Shown: positions 25,330 to 36,702, counted from the stretch's first letter. The stretch: DNA of 64,000 bases from Schmidtea polychroa (GCA_044892525.1 CM097887.1:34224001-34288000), one strand, 5' to 3'. Program-made: numbers and translations. Notes: a model not told the origin generated them from the letters alone.

Positions 25330-28300
25330 CCCCCCTCTATATATATATAAAAATAATATATATAAACCCCCCATGGATTCATCCTGCGTACGCGCCTGAT
25401 AGATAACAATAACAAACAAAATTTAACAAAATTGTTATTCCAATAATTCCAAAAAGAATGTTCTAAAATTAGGTTAGACTGAATAAGACAATTAGTTTTG
25501 AGTTGAATAAAAAGTGATCTGAAGTTTTAGAAAGTTTCCTTAAAATAATTGGTTCTCAAAGAATTAAACTTTAGGTTTGAAAAAAAGTGGTAATGTGTCC
25601 GCGGAGACGGCGCTTTATATAGTTTTTGGCGTTTGTGTTTGACCAATCAGGATTGATCGTGTACTTTTGATCTTAGTTCATTTTATTTTTTGATTTAAAT
25701 TCCAATCATTTTGATTGACCCATTTCTTTAGTTTGTTTTAATCTACTTTTTCACATTAATTTCTTTTATTTATATTCCCGACTGATCGAACGATCGCCTT
25801 TACATACCTTTCTTATCCTATGGATAAAGGGTATTTTCTGCTTTTGTGTGTCTTTTGCTGCGATTTATTTTGTGCGTTTTAAGATGTGTAACTACTTGCA
25901 ATTTCTAATTTTATTAATTTTGTTTGTACTTATTTTTACTTTTGTTTTATTTAATGTTTTCCAATGATTTTAACTATTCTCTATGCGGTTTACATGTTAT
26001 ATGAGTCGCCTCAGTTGACCATATACTTAATTTAGGTCAATTAAAACAAGAAAATGGAAAAAAAATCTAGAATTCTTTTGAAGGTTTTGACTGTGCTTGT
26101 GTGTTTGACCTACTTATTTATTAATAAAAGTAAATGTGTTATTTATTATAGTGGTCTGGGTTGATTAATATTTTGAAAATGAGTCATATATATAAATTTT
26201 CCGTGACCAAAATAAAAAAAACTAATTAAAAATAAATTTTAGCTTAATATTTTTTCCTCAGCAGAGGAGTGACCTGAATGGTACATGTAGTGCATCTCAT
26301 TTTCAAATTAATATATTAATTTATTAATTAAATTGCAAATACATTATTAAATCGCTACAATTTAAATGCTAACTATAAATAACTATAAATAATAAATGCT
26401 AACTATAAATAATAAATGCAAACTATAATAAATAAAAGCTAACTATAGTAATGCTAACTATAAATAAATTATTTTCTAACTATGTTTGTTTTATTCATAA
26501 TAAATACTTCTTTGTCGTTATAGCAATGGTGGAATTTAAAAAAAATTCAGAGTTTGACTTTGTTCCAGAATACTGTTCTTCAGGAAATGAAGATGAAGAA
26601 CACGTTTTAAAACTTGAAACTCGAAGGAAAAAAATTTGGAAAGACTGGAAAAGAGCAAATGCATTTGCAAGTTCAAATGAAGCTGAGGATTTTGTAAAAA
26701 ACGAAAAAGTGTGGTCTTGTTTTCGGACAAATAAAACTGAAGAGGGGAAAAAGAGGTTTTTCCGCTGTAATCGTGTTAAATTTCGTGGGGAACAATGTTC
26801 AGCCTCAGTTTACTTGTGGTACGAGTCCAGCACTAGTGATGTTGTTCTATACAGATCAGGACATGCACATGATTGTGACAACATCAAAACAAGAACAACA
26901 ATGACAGATACCGTCAAAGCTGAAATTGACAAATTGTTTGCTTTAAAATTGAAACCAAAAGCAATGTTAGAACATTTGTCTAACGAAAAATTACCCCTTC
27001 CGAGTCAAACACAGCTGAATAATCATCTGGCATCCTTGAGAAAGTCCAAATATGGTGCCAACATCATTAGCCTTGGAGAATTAAATCAGTGGTTGCAAAT
27101 TCATTCAGCTGTTCCAGAAGCAGATAACAAAGCATTTGTTGTTGCATATGAAATTAAATATGAGGACACTGGATATTTCCGGTACTTCATTTCATCCAAA
27201 ACAATGTTGAAAATGGCTTTAAACGCTGACAACATTCATGCAGATGCTACATACAAACTTGTATGGCAAGGCTTCCCTGTTCTTGTTATTGGTACAACAG
27301 ATCGCAATCGCCAGTTTCATTGTTTTGGTATTGGAGTATGCACCGATGAAAAAACTGAGGACTTCAAATTTTTGTTTACTGCATTGAAGAATGAAGTTCC
27401 TAAAATCTTCAATGCTCCCTTCAATCCAAGCACATTAATTTCTGATGCATCAAAAAGCATCCAAAACTCTTTCATAGCAGTGTTTGGCAAAGACGTATTG
27501 GTGATTATGTGCTGGGCTCACATGAAAAAAAATGTTCAGAAAAAAGTGGATTCCTTGATTCCAAAAGATGCAAGACAGGAAATTTTGTCTGACATTGGTT
27601 CTTTGCAACTCAGTCAATCCAGAGAAGTTTTTGAAAAAGCATCAATTTTATTCTTGAAAAAGTGGAAGGCAAACAAGGAGTTTGTCGAATACTTCACAGC
27701 TGAATGGCTGAAATCAAATAAAAATTGGTTTGAAGGTGCCAAAAAACTAACACCTAGCACAAACAATGCCCTTGAGGCATACAACCGAGTCATGAAAGAT
27801 GAAGATTCTATGAGAGAGCGAGTCTCACTATCAAGATTTACTGTTGGATTGGTTGATTGGATTGAAAGGTGGTCCAACAATTACGAATCTGGAATTAAAG
27901 TCATCAAAACCGAACCAGAAATTGACTTGGAACTTTGGACTAGCTCATACCAGTGGGCAAAGTTGAAGAAAACCATTTCTCCAGAATCAACAGAGAGTGG
28001 TGTTGTTTACAAAATTGCTGCAAAAGATTTGACAGAAACCTACGATGGAATTGACAACTAGGAAACGTTTGATTAGTTTAAAATTAATGCATTTCTTTCA
28101 TGGACTACTATTTTACCAAAAGATCAAAATGACTGGATTAACGGAGACTGTAACTGCCCTTCTTTTTTTAAAAAAATGCTTTGCAAACACATTGTTGGAT
28201 TAGCTATTCGACTAAAGCTTGTAGCCCCTCCAACCGAAGCGAAAAATGTTCCAATTGGAACCAAAAGAAAGAGAGGTCGCCCTGCAAAAGCAAGAAAAGC

Positions 28301-31300
28301 ATTGCTGTTGCAGTAGAACTAAAAATTTATTATATCTAGTGCAAATAAAATGCAGCCATCATACAAAACATTTTGTTAAACCATTTTTTAAATGTCTATA
28401 AATTGTTGTATTTAAGCATTCACAATAAATTGTAATCTCTATGCTTTTTTATTCATTGAAATATATCTGAAATTTTTATTTTATAATGTATAAATATTTT
28501 TGAAAATAGTGTGCAAATATTTATTTTTTAGTTTGCAGAACATAGTTAGCAAATATCGATTTTATAGTGTGCAAAAATCATTTTTTTAGTTTGCAAAATA
28601 TAGTTAGCAAATAAGTATTTAATAGTGTGCAAAAATCATTTTTTTAGTTTTGAAAAAATAGTTAGCAAAAATCAATTTTATAGTGTGCAAAAATTATTTT
28701 TTAGTTTGCAAAAATAGTTAGCAAATGTTAATTTTTTAGTGTGCAAAATGGGATTATTTAGTTTGCATTTAATTAGGAGCCTTATTAAATTAATTAAATT
28801 AAAATACATTGTGCTCAAAACTCTATAATTGGAACAATTTGTGGATCAACGAAATACTTCATCTATATATCAAATGCGCATTACATATGATAAATCTCGT
28901 AAAGCTGCTGCTGATACTCCTACTCGTCGTCAGATCACACAACATGCAGTCAATGGATACGTCAAGTTTAGATCAACAATTACGCTCGGATAATGGAGAC
29001 TGCATCATTGCAATTGAATATCCAAACAACCCAAAACCAGGAGAGCCGTATTCAATGAAATGTAATTCTATTCCTAAATTCGCAAATATCAAATACTCTT
29101 TGTACAAAGATGTTGAATTCAATAAATATATTTTACCGATTAGTATTATGTTCCTTTTATTACATATCCATTTACTATGGTAATTTTTATTATTTCAATG
29201 GTAAATGAATTGACAGGATACAAATTAAACTTATGATGTTTAAGGGCCTTAGTAGTTAAAAAGTAGTTCGTTAGATTATCTTTCAAATAATATGATCCAA
29301 AACTATGAAACTACTTCTTTCAAAGTATAATTTGGTGACGGGAGGCAACACCATTAATTATATTCATTAAATTATTTTAATTTGAAGTTTTGAAAGCTTA
29401 TTTAATTAATGTTTTATATAACTTGTAATTTATACATTAATAATGACTTTCAGAAAATAAATGCCAGCATTGCAATAACAAAAGAAAACGAATACGATTC
29501 AAGAAGTATTGCAGAAAAGATGCAGGTTATTTTATGTAAAAATTTGAGGTTCATGAAGGTTTTCGTCAATTTATTTAAAAGGCAATTTATCTAATTATTT
29601 ATTCACAGCCGCGATTTTCAACTTTTCTAATAATTCTACTCATTGATAACATTTGCCAAGTTGTGGCTACCCCAGCGATTGGTTAGATTTTAAAAAAATA
29701 CTTTAATAAAATATTTAATATAATATTGAACACAAATTCGACTTGAAGGTACAACAAATTTCCTGACTTTTCTTTCATTATAAAAACATTTTTTTTCATA
29801 TTTCACCACTGATTTCTTTTCCATTGTATTTATTAAGAAAGCTTGACTATGAATCAGTAAATAAATCGATGTTTTTGATATTCACGAATTTTCGAAATTT
29901 TTCAGATTATAATTTGAATTCATTGAATAATTAATGACTTTGGGTTGCCAAATTTGAGATTATTAGAATTTTTTCACGATTATCATAAACTTAATTCTAA
30001 TTGTGAAGAAATAAACACGAGATAAATATTTATTTCCAATTACACGAACTGTTTTTTTTTTTGCGAAAGTGACAATATTAAAATAATTACATTTCTTAAT
30101 TTAATTATCACATTCTCCCGTGATGGTACAACGATGGTACTGATCAAAAAAGGTCTTCCTTCGATTGCGCGACTGATGTTTATCATTCTCACTTTTACCT
30201 GGATTTTCATCATAAATCTCATTATTTTCAAAATCGAGTTTGACATCTCTAATTTCAATGAGTTGGTCCGGCAATACTCAGATGTCCACTATGTGGCGCG
30301 ATGCTCCGTCAATCTCTATATTGGTGGATGAATTTATGACGGTAACAATTCTACATGGCCATCGAGAAGTGCATCTACTTTAAAGATTTTTATCATCCAT
30401 ACTTTGTTTTACTCACAAGCGTGTGCCACAAAATTTGAATATCAATATTTAAAATTTTTCTATTGCTCAAGATTATCTTCCAAATTATATTTTTTGACAT
30501 TTGATTAGGCAATAAACTGTCATTGTTTCCATATTCTTGTGGATTTCGTCGTTGTCTTGGGAGCGCCATAGCGGCAGATCACATCGCTTTTGGGCGATTA
30601 CGTCCACATGAGTCCACGAGGTTGTTGTAGTCAGTTGAATTAATTCTCAGATCTTTTTAGTGAAATCAGTACATATTATGACACTTTAATCCCAAAAAAT
30701 TGTTAACATCAAAGGTTTCAGTGACACGTTCCAGATTTCATCTTCCTGGAACTCGTTTCTCTAAGGTATTTCCATTCGCTTTACTCAAGCTTCGTCTCAG
30801 GAACATACAAGGATAAAGGGATTTTATCCACAGTAATGATATTTCTGAGTAATTGGTCAAATTTGTGTATCAAAAATGAGAAGATTTGTCTGGCTACATT
30901 CCCTCCAATTTTCACACACTTCAGACGAGAGCAAAAGTGGAACAAGCCTGGATACCAGATTTTTCTCGCCAGATTAACTTAGGACGGCATGAACACCTCG
31001 GTACTCACATTCAACAATTACGAGATACACTTGATAGTAATTTGTGGCATTCTTCCTTTACAATTTGCAAACATTTCTTTTTATTTTTTTGTCAAAAACT
31101 TCACTAGGACGACCAGCTTTCTCGTCATCAAACTCTGAATGGGAACCATATTTGAACTGCCTAATTTTGTGGTACGAGAGGGGTATATATTATCATAAGT
31201 TGTCTGCGACTGATTCCATATTTACTGACTATTATCATCATGCGAAACAAAGAATTTAATCACACTTCGATACTCGATACAATGTAGTATGATTTGACAA

Positions 31301-32407
31301 ATAAATTGAAAATGTACTTTTTCCTGTTTATTTTATTATAAGAACTTTTTTCCAATTTCGCCACTGATTTTTTTTCCATTGAATTTATTAAAAAGATCTT
31401 GAAGACTATAAATCAGTAAATATATCGATGTTTTTGATATTCACGAATTTTCGTCAATTTTATTTCACTATTATCCGAATCAACAGTGGCTCGTCCATAT
31501 AAGAAATGAAAGCATTGCTTGCACTTCAATTTTGAGAAATTCTAAATTTTTAATATCTTTTAAAAAGAACTTTTGGCTACTAAAGACAAATTTTATGATT
31601 TAGTAATTAAAGAATTTTGTAGAAAAACAAGAAGAATTGAGTTTTTATATAAATAAAATTCTTTTTTTGAATTTTTTTTATTGCTTTCACAAATTTTTTG
31701 AGTTTTGAGTAGCCACTGCATTACAATAAAATACATCTTACAATATATCAGTTTGCGTTAATTTTTCACGCTTCAATTTCTCCTTTTTTCTTCTACTCTA
31801 CTATAATTATGATAGCTTTCTAGCACAGTCCTCGGTTTCTCTCATTTCACATTTCAGTAGAAAGACTGAGTTTTAATAATTGTAGTTTTTTGTATAGACC
31901 TTTATTTTTATTATTCTTTATTTTTATTATATTTTCAATTTACTCATATTTTTTTTATTGTTAGTTTTATTGGTAACAATGCAGTCAAGGGAACAGCACG
32001 GAGACATGGCACGATTTGAAATGAAAGTTAATTACGTTTATCGAATTGACACATCGAAATTCACTGAGATGCACCCAGATTTTCTGGCATCAATGAACGG
32101 GATAATGTCCAATCAATTTATTCACTCAACCTTCCCAATGTGGATCAAGGAAGCAGATCTGAAATGTAAATGTCCTTCTTTGCAACTTGGAATGACTTAT
32201 TTAGTCATTCTCAAATTACACACAATAAAATATTTGGAAAGATCTGAATTGTTATTGGATCAAAAAAGTGTCGCGCTTCCGTGGCAGAAAACTTGGGAAC
32301 GTCGAATGAAAAAATTTTCAAGTAAAGAACATCAGGGTCTATGTGAGAAATGGAAATTGAAGCGTCGATATTATAGACGACAGAAACAAACAAAAAAATA
32401 TGTGTAA
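9023..32407 (+). CDS. Netrin: Netrin (UNC-6/netrin-1 type), 5 exons, about 656 aa
   Basis: Exons 9023-10133, 16312-16500, 20866-21021, 29454-29525 and 31965-32407 are all GT-AG and phase 1. They total 1971 nt (657 codons including TAA). Signal peptide, laminin N-terminal domain, three laminin EGF repeats and an NTR/C345C domain are encoded. An extra linker exon in intron 3 cannot be excluded. Confidence 0.92.
10735..10880 (-). repeat. Repeat-family copy, hairpin type
   Basis: Arms of 42 bp (10778-10819 and 10839-10880) have 3 mismatches. Confidence 0.8.
11080..11460 (-). pseudogene. Mariner transposase C-terminal remnant
   Basis: Minus-strand peptides [16 protein letters not shown] and [25 protein letters not shown]; stops and frameshifts; HPPYSPDL segment missing. 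Confidence 0.8.
12010..12305 (+). repeat. Interspersed repeat, left member of an inverted pair
   Basis: About 300 bp, clearly alignable with the reverse complement of 13388-13730. Confidence 0.75.
12900..13300 (+). pseudogene. Possible decayed Polinton/Maverick-type protein-primed DNA polymerase B fragment
   Basis: [15 protein letters not shown] (13127-13171), preceded by NENILTAE and KEARENEFF. This resembles the YVGxxILDLSKxLMYxF region from memory; multiple stops. Confidence 0.4.
13388..13730 (-). repeat. Interspersed repeat, right member of an inverted pair
   Basis: Inverted relative to 12010-12305 and carrying an extra internal segment shared with the 3861 copy. Confidence 0.75.
16312..16500 (+). 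CDS. Netrin: Netrin exon 2 (LE2)
   Basis: [38 protein letters not shown]; TTTAG acceptor and GTAAGC donor; 189 nt. Confidence 0.95.
16893..17032 (-). ncRNA. Repeat-family copy with a minimal type I hammerhead ribozyme motif (17032-16996)
   Basis: Minus strand reads AUUCAC UUGAAAA A GGC-AGU-GCC GAAA AUUC GUCUAU. The core is the U3-A8 variant and the helix III palindrome is AAUU. Helix I has 2 mismatches here but is perfect (GUGAAU) in the copies at 29880 and 31440. Confidence 0.65.
17334..17802. mobile_element. Older hAT-type MITE
   Basis: Right end GTAAACGCGCCACTG and decayed left end AGTGGAGTGTTTAAAG, with GGCCCTAGG subterminal motifs at both ends. Flanks GGGGATAT and GGAGATAC match at 6/8. 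Confidence 0.55.
18353..19619 (-). mobile_element. Non-autonomous Helitron-like element
   Basis: Minus strand starts TCTTCTAAACTATAAACG..TGTTTGT at 19619 and ends CCCATGCGAAGCCGG..CTAG|T at 18353. Confidence 0.55.
20161..20367. mobile_element. piggyBac-like MITE, copy 1
   Basis: Ends TTAACCTATTA and TAATGGGTTGA; internal sequence aligns with 54051-54266. Confidence 0.55.
20866..21021 (+). CDS. Netrin: Netrin exon 3 (LE3), absent from the ORF track
   Basis: [46 protein letters not shown]; TATAG acceptor and GTAAGC donor; 156 nt. Confidence 0.95.
21326..21932. mobile_element. hAT (Buster-type) MITE, 607 bp
   Basis: Perfect 15-bp TIR CAGAGCTCCGCAACC and perfect 8-bp TSD AGGTACAC (21318-21325 and 21933-21940) with central TA. 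Confidence 0.95.
23564..24269 (-). mobile_element. Non-autonomous MULE, 706 bp
   Basis: Imperfect inverted arms of about 140 bp built from GGAAAAAATGACATCCAA-like subrepeats; perfect 9-bp TSD ATTAATGAA. An internal AT-hook-like RRGRGRPR remnant is on the minus strand. Confidence 0.85.
25177..25398. mobile_element. hAT MITE, 222 bp, with G15 and (TA)n tracts
   Basis: TIR CAGTGGCGTACGCAGG matches at 14/16; perfect 8-bp TSD ATAGATAA. Confidence 0.92.
26526..28316 (+). pseudogene. MULE transposase with SWIM finger and AT-hook, two premature TAG stops
   Basis: Contains [18 protein letters not shown] and TNNALEAYN. The same frame continues past TAG 28059 and TAG 28074 into [14 protein letters not shown] and KRKRGRPAK, ending at TAG 28314-28316. 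Confidence 0.92.
28507..28760. repeat. 58-bp tandem subterminal repeat of the MULE right end
   Basis: TAGTGTGCAAA recurs at 28507, 28565, 28623, 28681 and 28737. Confidence 0.9.
28887..29183 (+). CDS. Putative 98-aa secreted or membrane-anchored protein nested in netrin intron 3, or an alternative netrin exon
   Basis: ATG followed by hydrophobic [12 protein letters not shown], two Cys, and a C-terminal hydrophobic [17 protein letters not shown]. Less AT-rich than its flanks; no family recognised. Confidence 0.45.
   Translation: MINLVKLLLILLLVVRSHNMQSMDTSSLDQQLRSDNGDCIIAIEYPNNPKPGEPYSMKCNSIPKFANIKYSLYKDVEFNKYILPISIMFLLLHIHLLW
29454..29525 (+). CDS. Netrin: Netrin exon 4 (start of NTR domain), absent from the ORF track in this frame
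   Basis: [23 protein letters not shown] matches the netrin KKYCxxDY motif; TTTCAG acceptor and G|GTTATT donor; 72 nt. Confidence 0.9.
29778..29893 (-). repeat. Repeat-family copy truncated within the hammerhead
   Basis: On the minus strand it retains GAAAAUUC-GUGAAU but lacks helix II and the 5' core. Confidence 0.75.
30480..31290 (-). pseudogene. Degenerate mariner transposase
   Basis: Minus-strand [41 protein letters not shown] and MLTIFWD; many stops; similar to the 39290-40899 element. Confidence 0.8.
31334..31453 (-). repeat. Repeat-family copy truncated within the hammerhead
   Basis: Same truncation zone as the 29778 copy; retains GAAAAUUCGUGAAU. Confidence 0.75.
31965..32407 (+). 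CDS. Netrin: Netrin exon 5 (NTR/C345C domain and basic tail)
   Basis: Contains [15 protein letters not shown] and [14 protein letters not shown]; GTTAG acceptor; stop TAA at 32405-32407. Confidence 0.92.
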
Positions 32408-32707
32408 ACTTTGCGTGAAAAGTCGCTAATAATAACTGGCATATTAATATTTAATTCATTCAAATTATTTCATTTTATCTCGATTACTTTCTATAGAAAT
32501 TTTATTTTCTCTCAATACATTTCCATTGATGAGTTGTTTCCACATTTGTTGATGAAATTTATAAAAATGAAAAGAGATTTATATGATTTCCTGAATATGA
32601 AGGAGTTCTTCAAATGACATATCTTCGATATTCTGACCATCTAAAGATAAAGGTTTTCCCATAACATTTTTACAAACATGATAATCTTACAGGAAATAGC
32701 TTTCATT

Positions 32708-32830
32708 TTTTTTATTGATCTAATAATAGCTTCATTCATACCATATAATTTCCCAATTGCGGTTGCACTCTCTCCGTGGCTAAGTCGATCTAATCTTTTT
32801 ATTTTTGTTTCTACTGATAAAATTTTTCCT
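32708..32830 (-). pseudogene. pogo/Tigger transposase N-terminal HTH (psq-type) fragment
   Basis: KILSVETKIKRLDRLSHGESATAIGKLYGMNEAIIRSIKK. Confidence 0.7.
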
Positions 32831-33441
32831 TTAATTTTTTTTCGGAAATTCTTTTGACATCATAAGACCTTTAAAATCACGTATGTAACAATAAAAATAA
32901 TTTTATTTTTAATAAGATACTTACCGCATGATAATTCTTGAAAATTGTGTATTGAAATTCAAAATAATAAATTTTACTTAACACAAATCTTAACGAAATG
33001 AGCCAATTTGACTCATTTAAAATTCTATTGCTACATATATATAATACTGATTTATTATTTTTTGAATACATACACGTATGTTGATTTTTAGATACGCCAT
33101 GAAATATAGTTAAACATTAATTACTCTCCACTACTGATTCCATCATCTCGCATATCGGATTAGGTATACCTATTTTTATGGCGATTTTTACCTGTAAATC
33201 TAGTGTTTATTTAGGGAATTCCTTTTTTATGTATATTTGTATTTTTTAATATCTATGTATATGAAGAAATATTAAATGCAGCCAATTTATGAAACTTAAA
33301 ATGAAACTTATATTTATAATTTATAATTTTATTTATAATTTTTGAAATCGCGTAAAAGCGAAAAAAAGTACCGTGTAAATCAGGGGATAAGTGTACTCTA
33401 TCTCATACTCCTAATCTGTAAGATGATAAATGCATATATTT

Positions 33442-33520
33442 TGGCATGGTGTTGGAGTGTCCAGATTATGGGGTCTAATTACGAAGTCACTGGTTCGATC
33501 CAGGGTAGGATCGACTTACT
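33442..33520 (+). mobile_element. Degenerate tRNA-derived SINE head
   Basis: A-box-like TGGCATGGTGTTGG and B box GGTTCGATCC (33492-33501); no full cloverleaf. Confidence 0.45.
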
Positions 33521-35399
33521 TGCATGGCACTAATTTATTGATAATTGATAAAGGTTATATCATTGCATATGTAAATTCATAATCAAAACAAACTAAAAAT
33601 TCAAGATATATATTAGAAGAGTAACATATCATGAAGAGGTTAGTAGTAATTGTGTACTTAGTTGGTAAAGAATGGTGATTTAATTTTGGTTGGGATTTTC
33701 GGTGTGAATTCAGCTTAAGAATAATTAAAGGTGATTAATTTTGCTTAACTTGCTTAAATTTCTGTTACTGATTAACGACAAAATGTCAATACGAGTGTAT
33801 TTGTATAAAATTTGGGGAAATAAATTTAAACTACGTTGGTAGTGAGTCTATACAGCAACGTAATTTGAAGTATTTAAAACCACTTTACAAAGGCATTTGA
33901 AGTTGAAATTTTCAACATCATAGGACCTAGTTTCCACAAACCTTTTTAGGAAACATATAACAAATTCAATGAAGATTTAATGAAGGTTTAATATTAAAAA
34001 CAACAATTTGAAGAATTCCGTTAAAAATAGAGTGCTGCATAACATCGGACATTAACGACACTGCAAACTAAGCCGATCTTACCACGATACTTCTGAGAAA
34101 TCTTGCAAATGGAAATAAGAATACTTGTTCCTAAAACAAATTGGTAAATTTCAAGTCTAAACGAAGTTTGTGGGTGAAAAGATGATGCAAGACCAGCATG
34201 ATAAGTGAATCATGAACGATGGACATCACGTGGAGTTCCGGGATCTACAACTGAATCTTTGTTGACGTTGATTCCATTCACATTGGTGAACCAACTATCC
34301 CACAAAATGTTTTAAATCAATTGCGAACAGTTAGCTTTAGTAAATCTGATGAACCGTTTTATTACAACACCAGTTGCGATTTCAGTAATCGAAATAATCG
34401 GGAAACTCAGAGGAGTAAGATATGATGAAGGCCAAATTCTAAATTTTAAAATATTTGACGTGCAAAAATACAAAATCGTTTTTAAAAAGTAATAATAAAC
34501 TTCGCCAACTTATAATATATTATACTAATTCACGGAAGTGTCTCACAAAAGCATGCTGCCTTTACTGAGAAGTTATATTTTCTATTGTTTGAAATTTGTT
34601 TTTATATGAAATCACAAGTATACATAGGTTTGCATTTGGCCTGGATTCACTTGAACTGAACTTATAAGTAGGACCATGCTCAAAATTTTAAAAAGAATAA
34701 AAAATTAGCCAAAATCAGGAAAAGGGGTCAATTATGCTGTCCATACTTATGAACGTCATCGAAACCTAACCCAACAGATAAGAGATCTAGGAATAAATGA
34801 TCAGACATAGAAACAAGGGCTAATTAAATTATTAAAACATTAAATAATACCCAAAAACGAGGATTATGCAGAAAAAATCATCAACAGTAATGCAATTAAT
34901 TGAAGGTGATAAAGCAACGTAAGACTCTCCATTGGCAGTCATGAACCCGAAAGTGACAATGTAATAAGGACTAGTTTTAGAATTTGAGCTCAGCTGTTCA
35001 TTGATTTTCAGCCACTGTGTACATTACCAAAATGGTAGTTGCCACAGTTTCACGGATGGTAGAAAGATAATAGAAAGGAAGGCGTTTAAGGAGGATTTAA
35101 TGATAAATCCATCAGTGACCCTAGAACATTTAAGCAACACACTTCTAACCGCCAACGGAGGTTAAGACAAATACAGATATGAAAGGTTTTCTCACTCGTA
35201 AACTACAGATAAAGTGAAAGAAATTATTTATTTAAAACTAGAAAACACAATAATTACAATTTTAAAATTGTAAGTCCAAAGGATTTCAATCGATTTGCAA
35301 TCTGACCTTGGCTACTTGGTTGTATATTTGGGTCTTCTAACTAAAGTGCCGATTCTCCTTGTTCATCACTGGTTAATTATTTTTATTAATGGGTTAAAA

Positions 35400-36702
35400 C
35401 AGCGGTTCCCAACCTATGAGTCGTGACCCCAACGGGGGTCACCTGAGACATTCTGAAAATAATTTATTTGCGCCTGCTTTCAAAATTTTGCAGTGAGTTG
35501 GATACGTCCAATAATGTTCTGCTATTTCACACTGATATTAGGTGGTTGTCCAGAGGCAAAGTTTTAAAACGTGTTTTTGATCTTCGTGATGAATTAAAAA
35601 CGTTTTTTAATAAAAATTCTAAACCAAACTTTGAAGCACTTTTTGGCGAAAATAAACTTGACAAAATTGCTTATTTGGTTGATATCTTTGCAATTTTAAA
35701 AAAATTAAATTTATCCCTCCAAAGACCAAATGCAATATGCCTAGATTTGTCAGAAAAGATCCGCGCATTCCAATTGAAACTTCAAGTTGGGCGAACGAAA
35801 TTGGATGAAAGTAGATTTAATATGTTGTCGAAATTATCTGCTTTCTTTGAGGTAAATAACATTGAACAGGAAACAATGGATAGAACAATACTTTCTGTCA
35901 AAGAACATTTTAAAATTCTTGAAGAAGATATTTCAAGATATTTTCCAAATTTACCTGACACACCATTTGCACTTGCTAAAAGTCCATTCACCATCAGAGT
36001 TGAAGATGCTCTTGAGAATGCACAAGAGGAGTTCATTGAACTCATTTCCAGCGATGCAGCAAATAATGATTTCTCTTAAATGTCAATTACCAAATTCTGG
36101 ATCAAGTGTTTGAATTCTTATTCTGTTCTGTCTGAGATCGTTTTGTGACAGCTTCTTCCTTTTCCAACAACATATCTTTGTGAAATTGGCTTTTCAAGCG
36201 TGTTGGTTATCAAATCAAAATACAGAAGTAGATTTGTCGCAGAAGACGATCTACGTTGTGCTCTTGCAAAGAATGCTCTAAGAATTTCTGATTTGGCAAG
36301 AAAGAAGCAAACCAGCCTTCTCACTGACGCTTTTTCGGTTTTGCCACTCTAACATTTTCGTAGTTATAATTAATATTGTTTATTTTCTTTTCAAATTTTA
36401 TAAACTAAAGCCCCCAACTTTAAAGTTTATAGCTTCGATTGTGTGTAAATATTTTATTTTATTCCTTTGCAAATTCATTTATAAAAATATTAACCAAAAC
36501 ATATAACAAATTGGTAACAAAAAATATGGTGCCATTAAGTATAAAATATATATAAAATCAGATGTTTAGAAGTCAAAAACATAATAGTGAACTGCAAAAT
36601 GCAGTGAATGATGAGCAACCCTATTAATTTTATTGTTGGGGTCGCCAAAACTTGACAAATATTATCAAAGGGTCACTACACAAAAAAGGTTGGGAACCAC
36701 TG
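35400..36702 (+). mobile_element. Internally deleted hAT/Buster element, 1303 bp, with C-terminal transposase remnant
   Basis: TIR CAG(C/T)GGTTCCCAACCT matches at 15/16; flanks GGTTAAAA and GGTTAGGA. Encodes LLFHTDIRWLSRGKVL and, past in-frame stops, LLPFPTTYLCEIGFS..IKSKYRSR (dimerisation domain). Confidence 0.93.

Larger units (their letters stand above)
26353..28781 (+). mobile_element. Full-length Mutator-like (MULE) DNA transposon, 2429 bp
   Basis: Terminal 23 bp inverted at 18/23; perfect 9-bp TSD TTATTAAAT (26344-26352 and 28782-28790); tandem subterminal repeats; contains a transposase. Confidence 0.93.

Noticed and set aside
581-28076. Three in-frame TAG codons in otherwise intact transposon ORFs, suggesting readthrough or a variant genetic code
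   Set aside because: Each is a single transition from CAG or TGG, none is at a gag-pol junction, and TAG serves as the natural stop of both ORFs.
26353-28760. Spaced direct repeats resembling a CRISPR array
   Set aside because: They are subterminal tandem repeats of a MULE with no unique spacers, in a eukaryotic context.
30040-30331. Short coding-like ORFs on both strands
   Set aside because: No recognisable motif or convincing splice context; adjacent to decayed mariner sequence.
31484-31718. hAT-like ends CAGTGGCT...AGCCACTG
   Set aside because: Only 8 bp of inverted match and flanks match at 4/8, so it is not supportable as one element.
33442-33510. tRNA gene
   Set aside because: A and B boxes are present but the acceptor and anticodon stems do not form; treated as a SINE relic.
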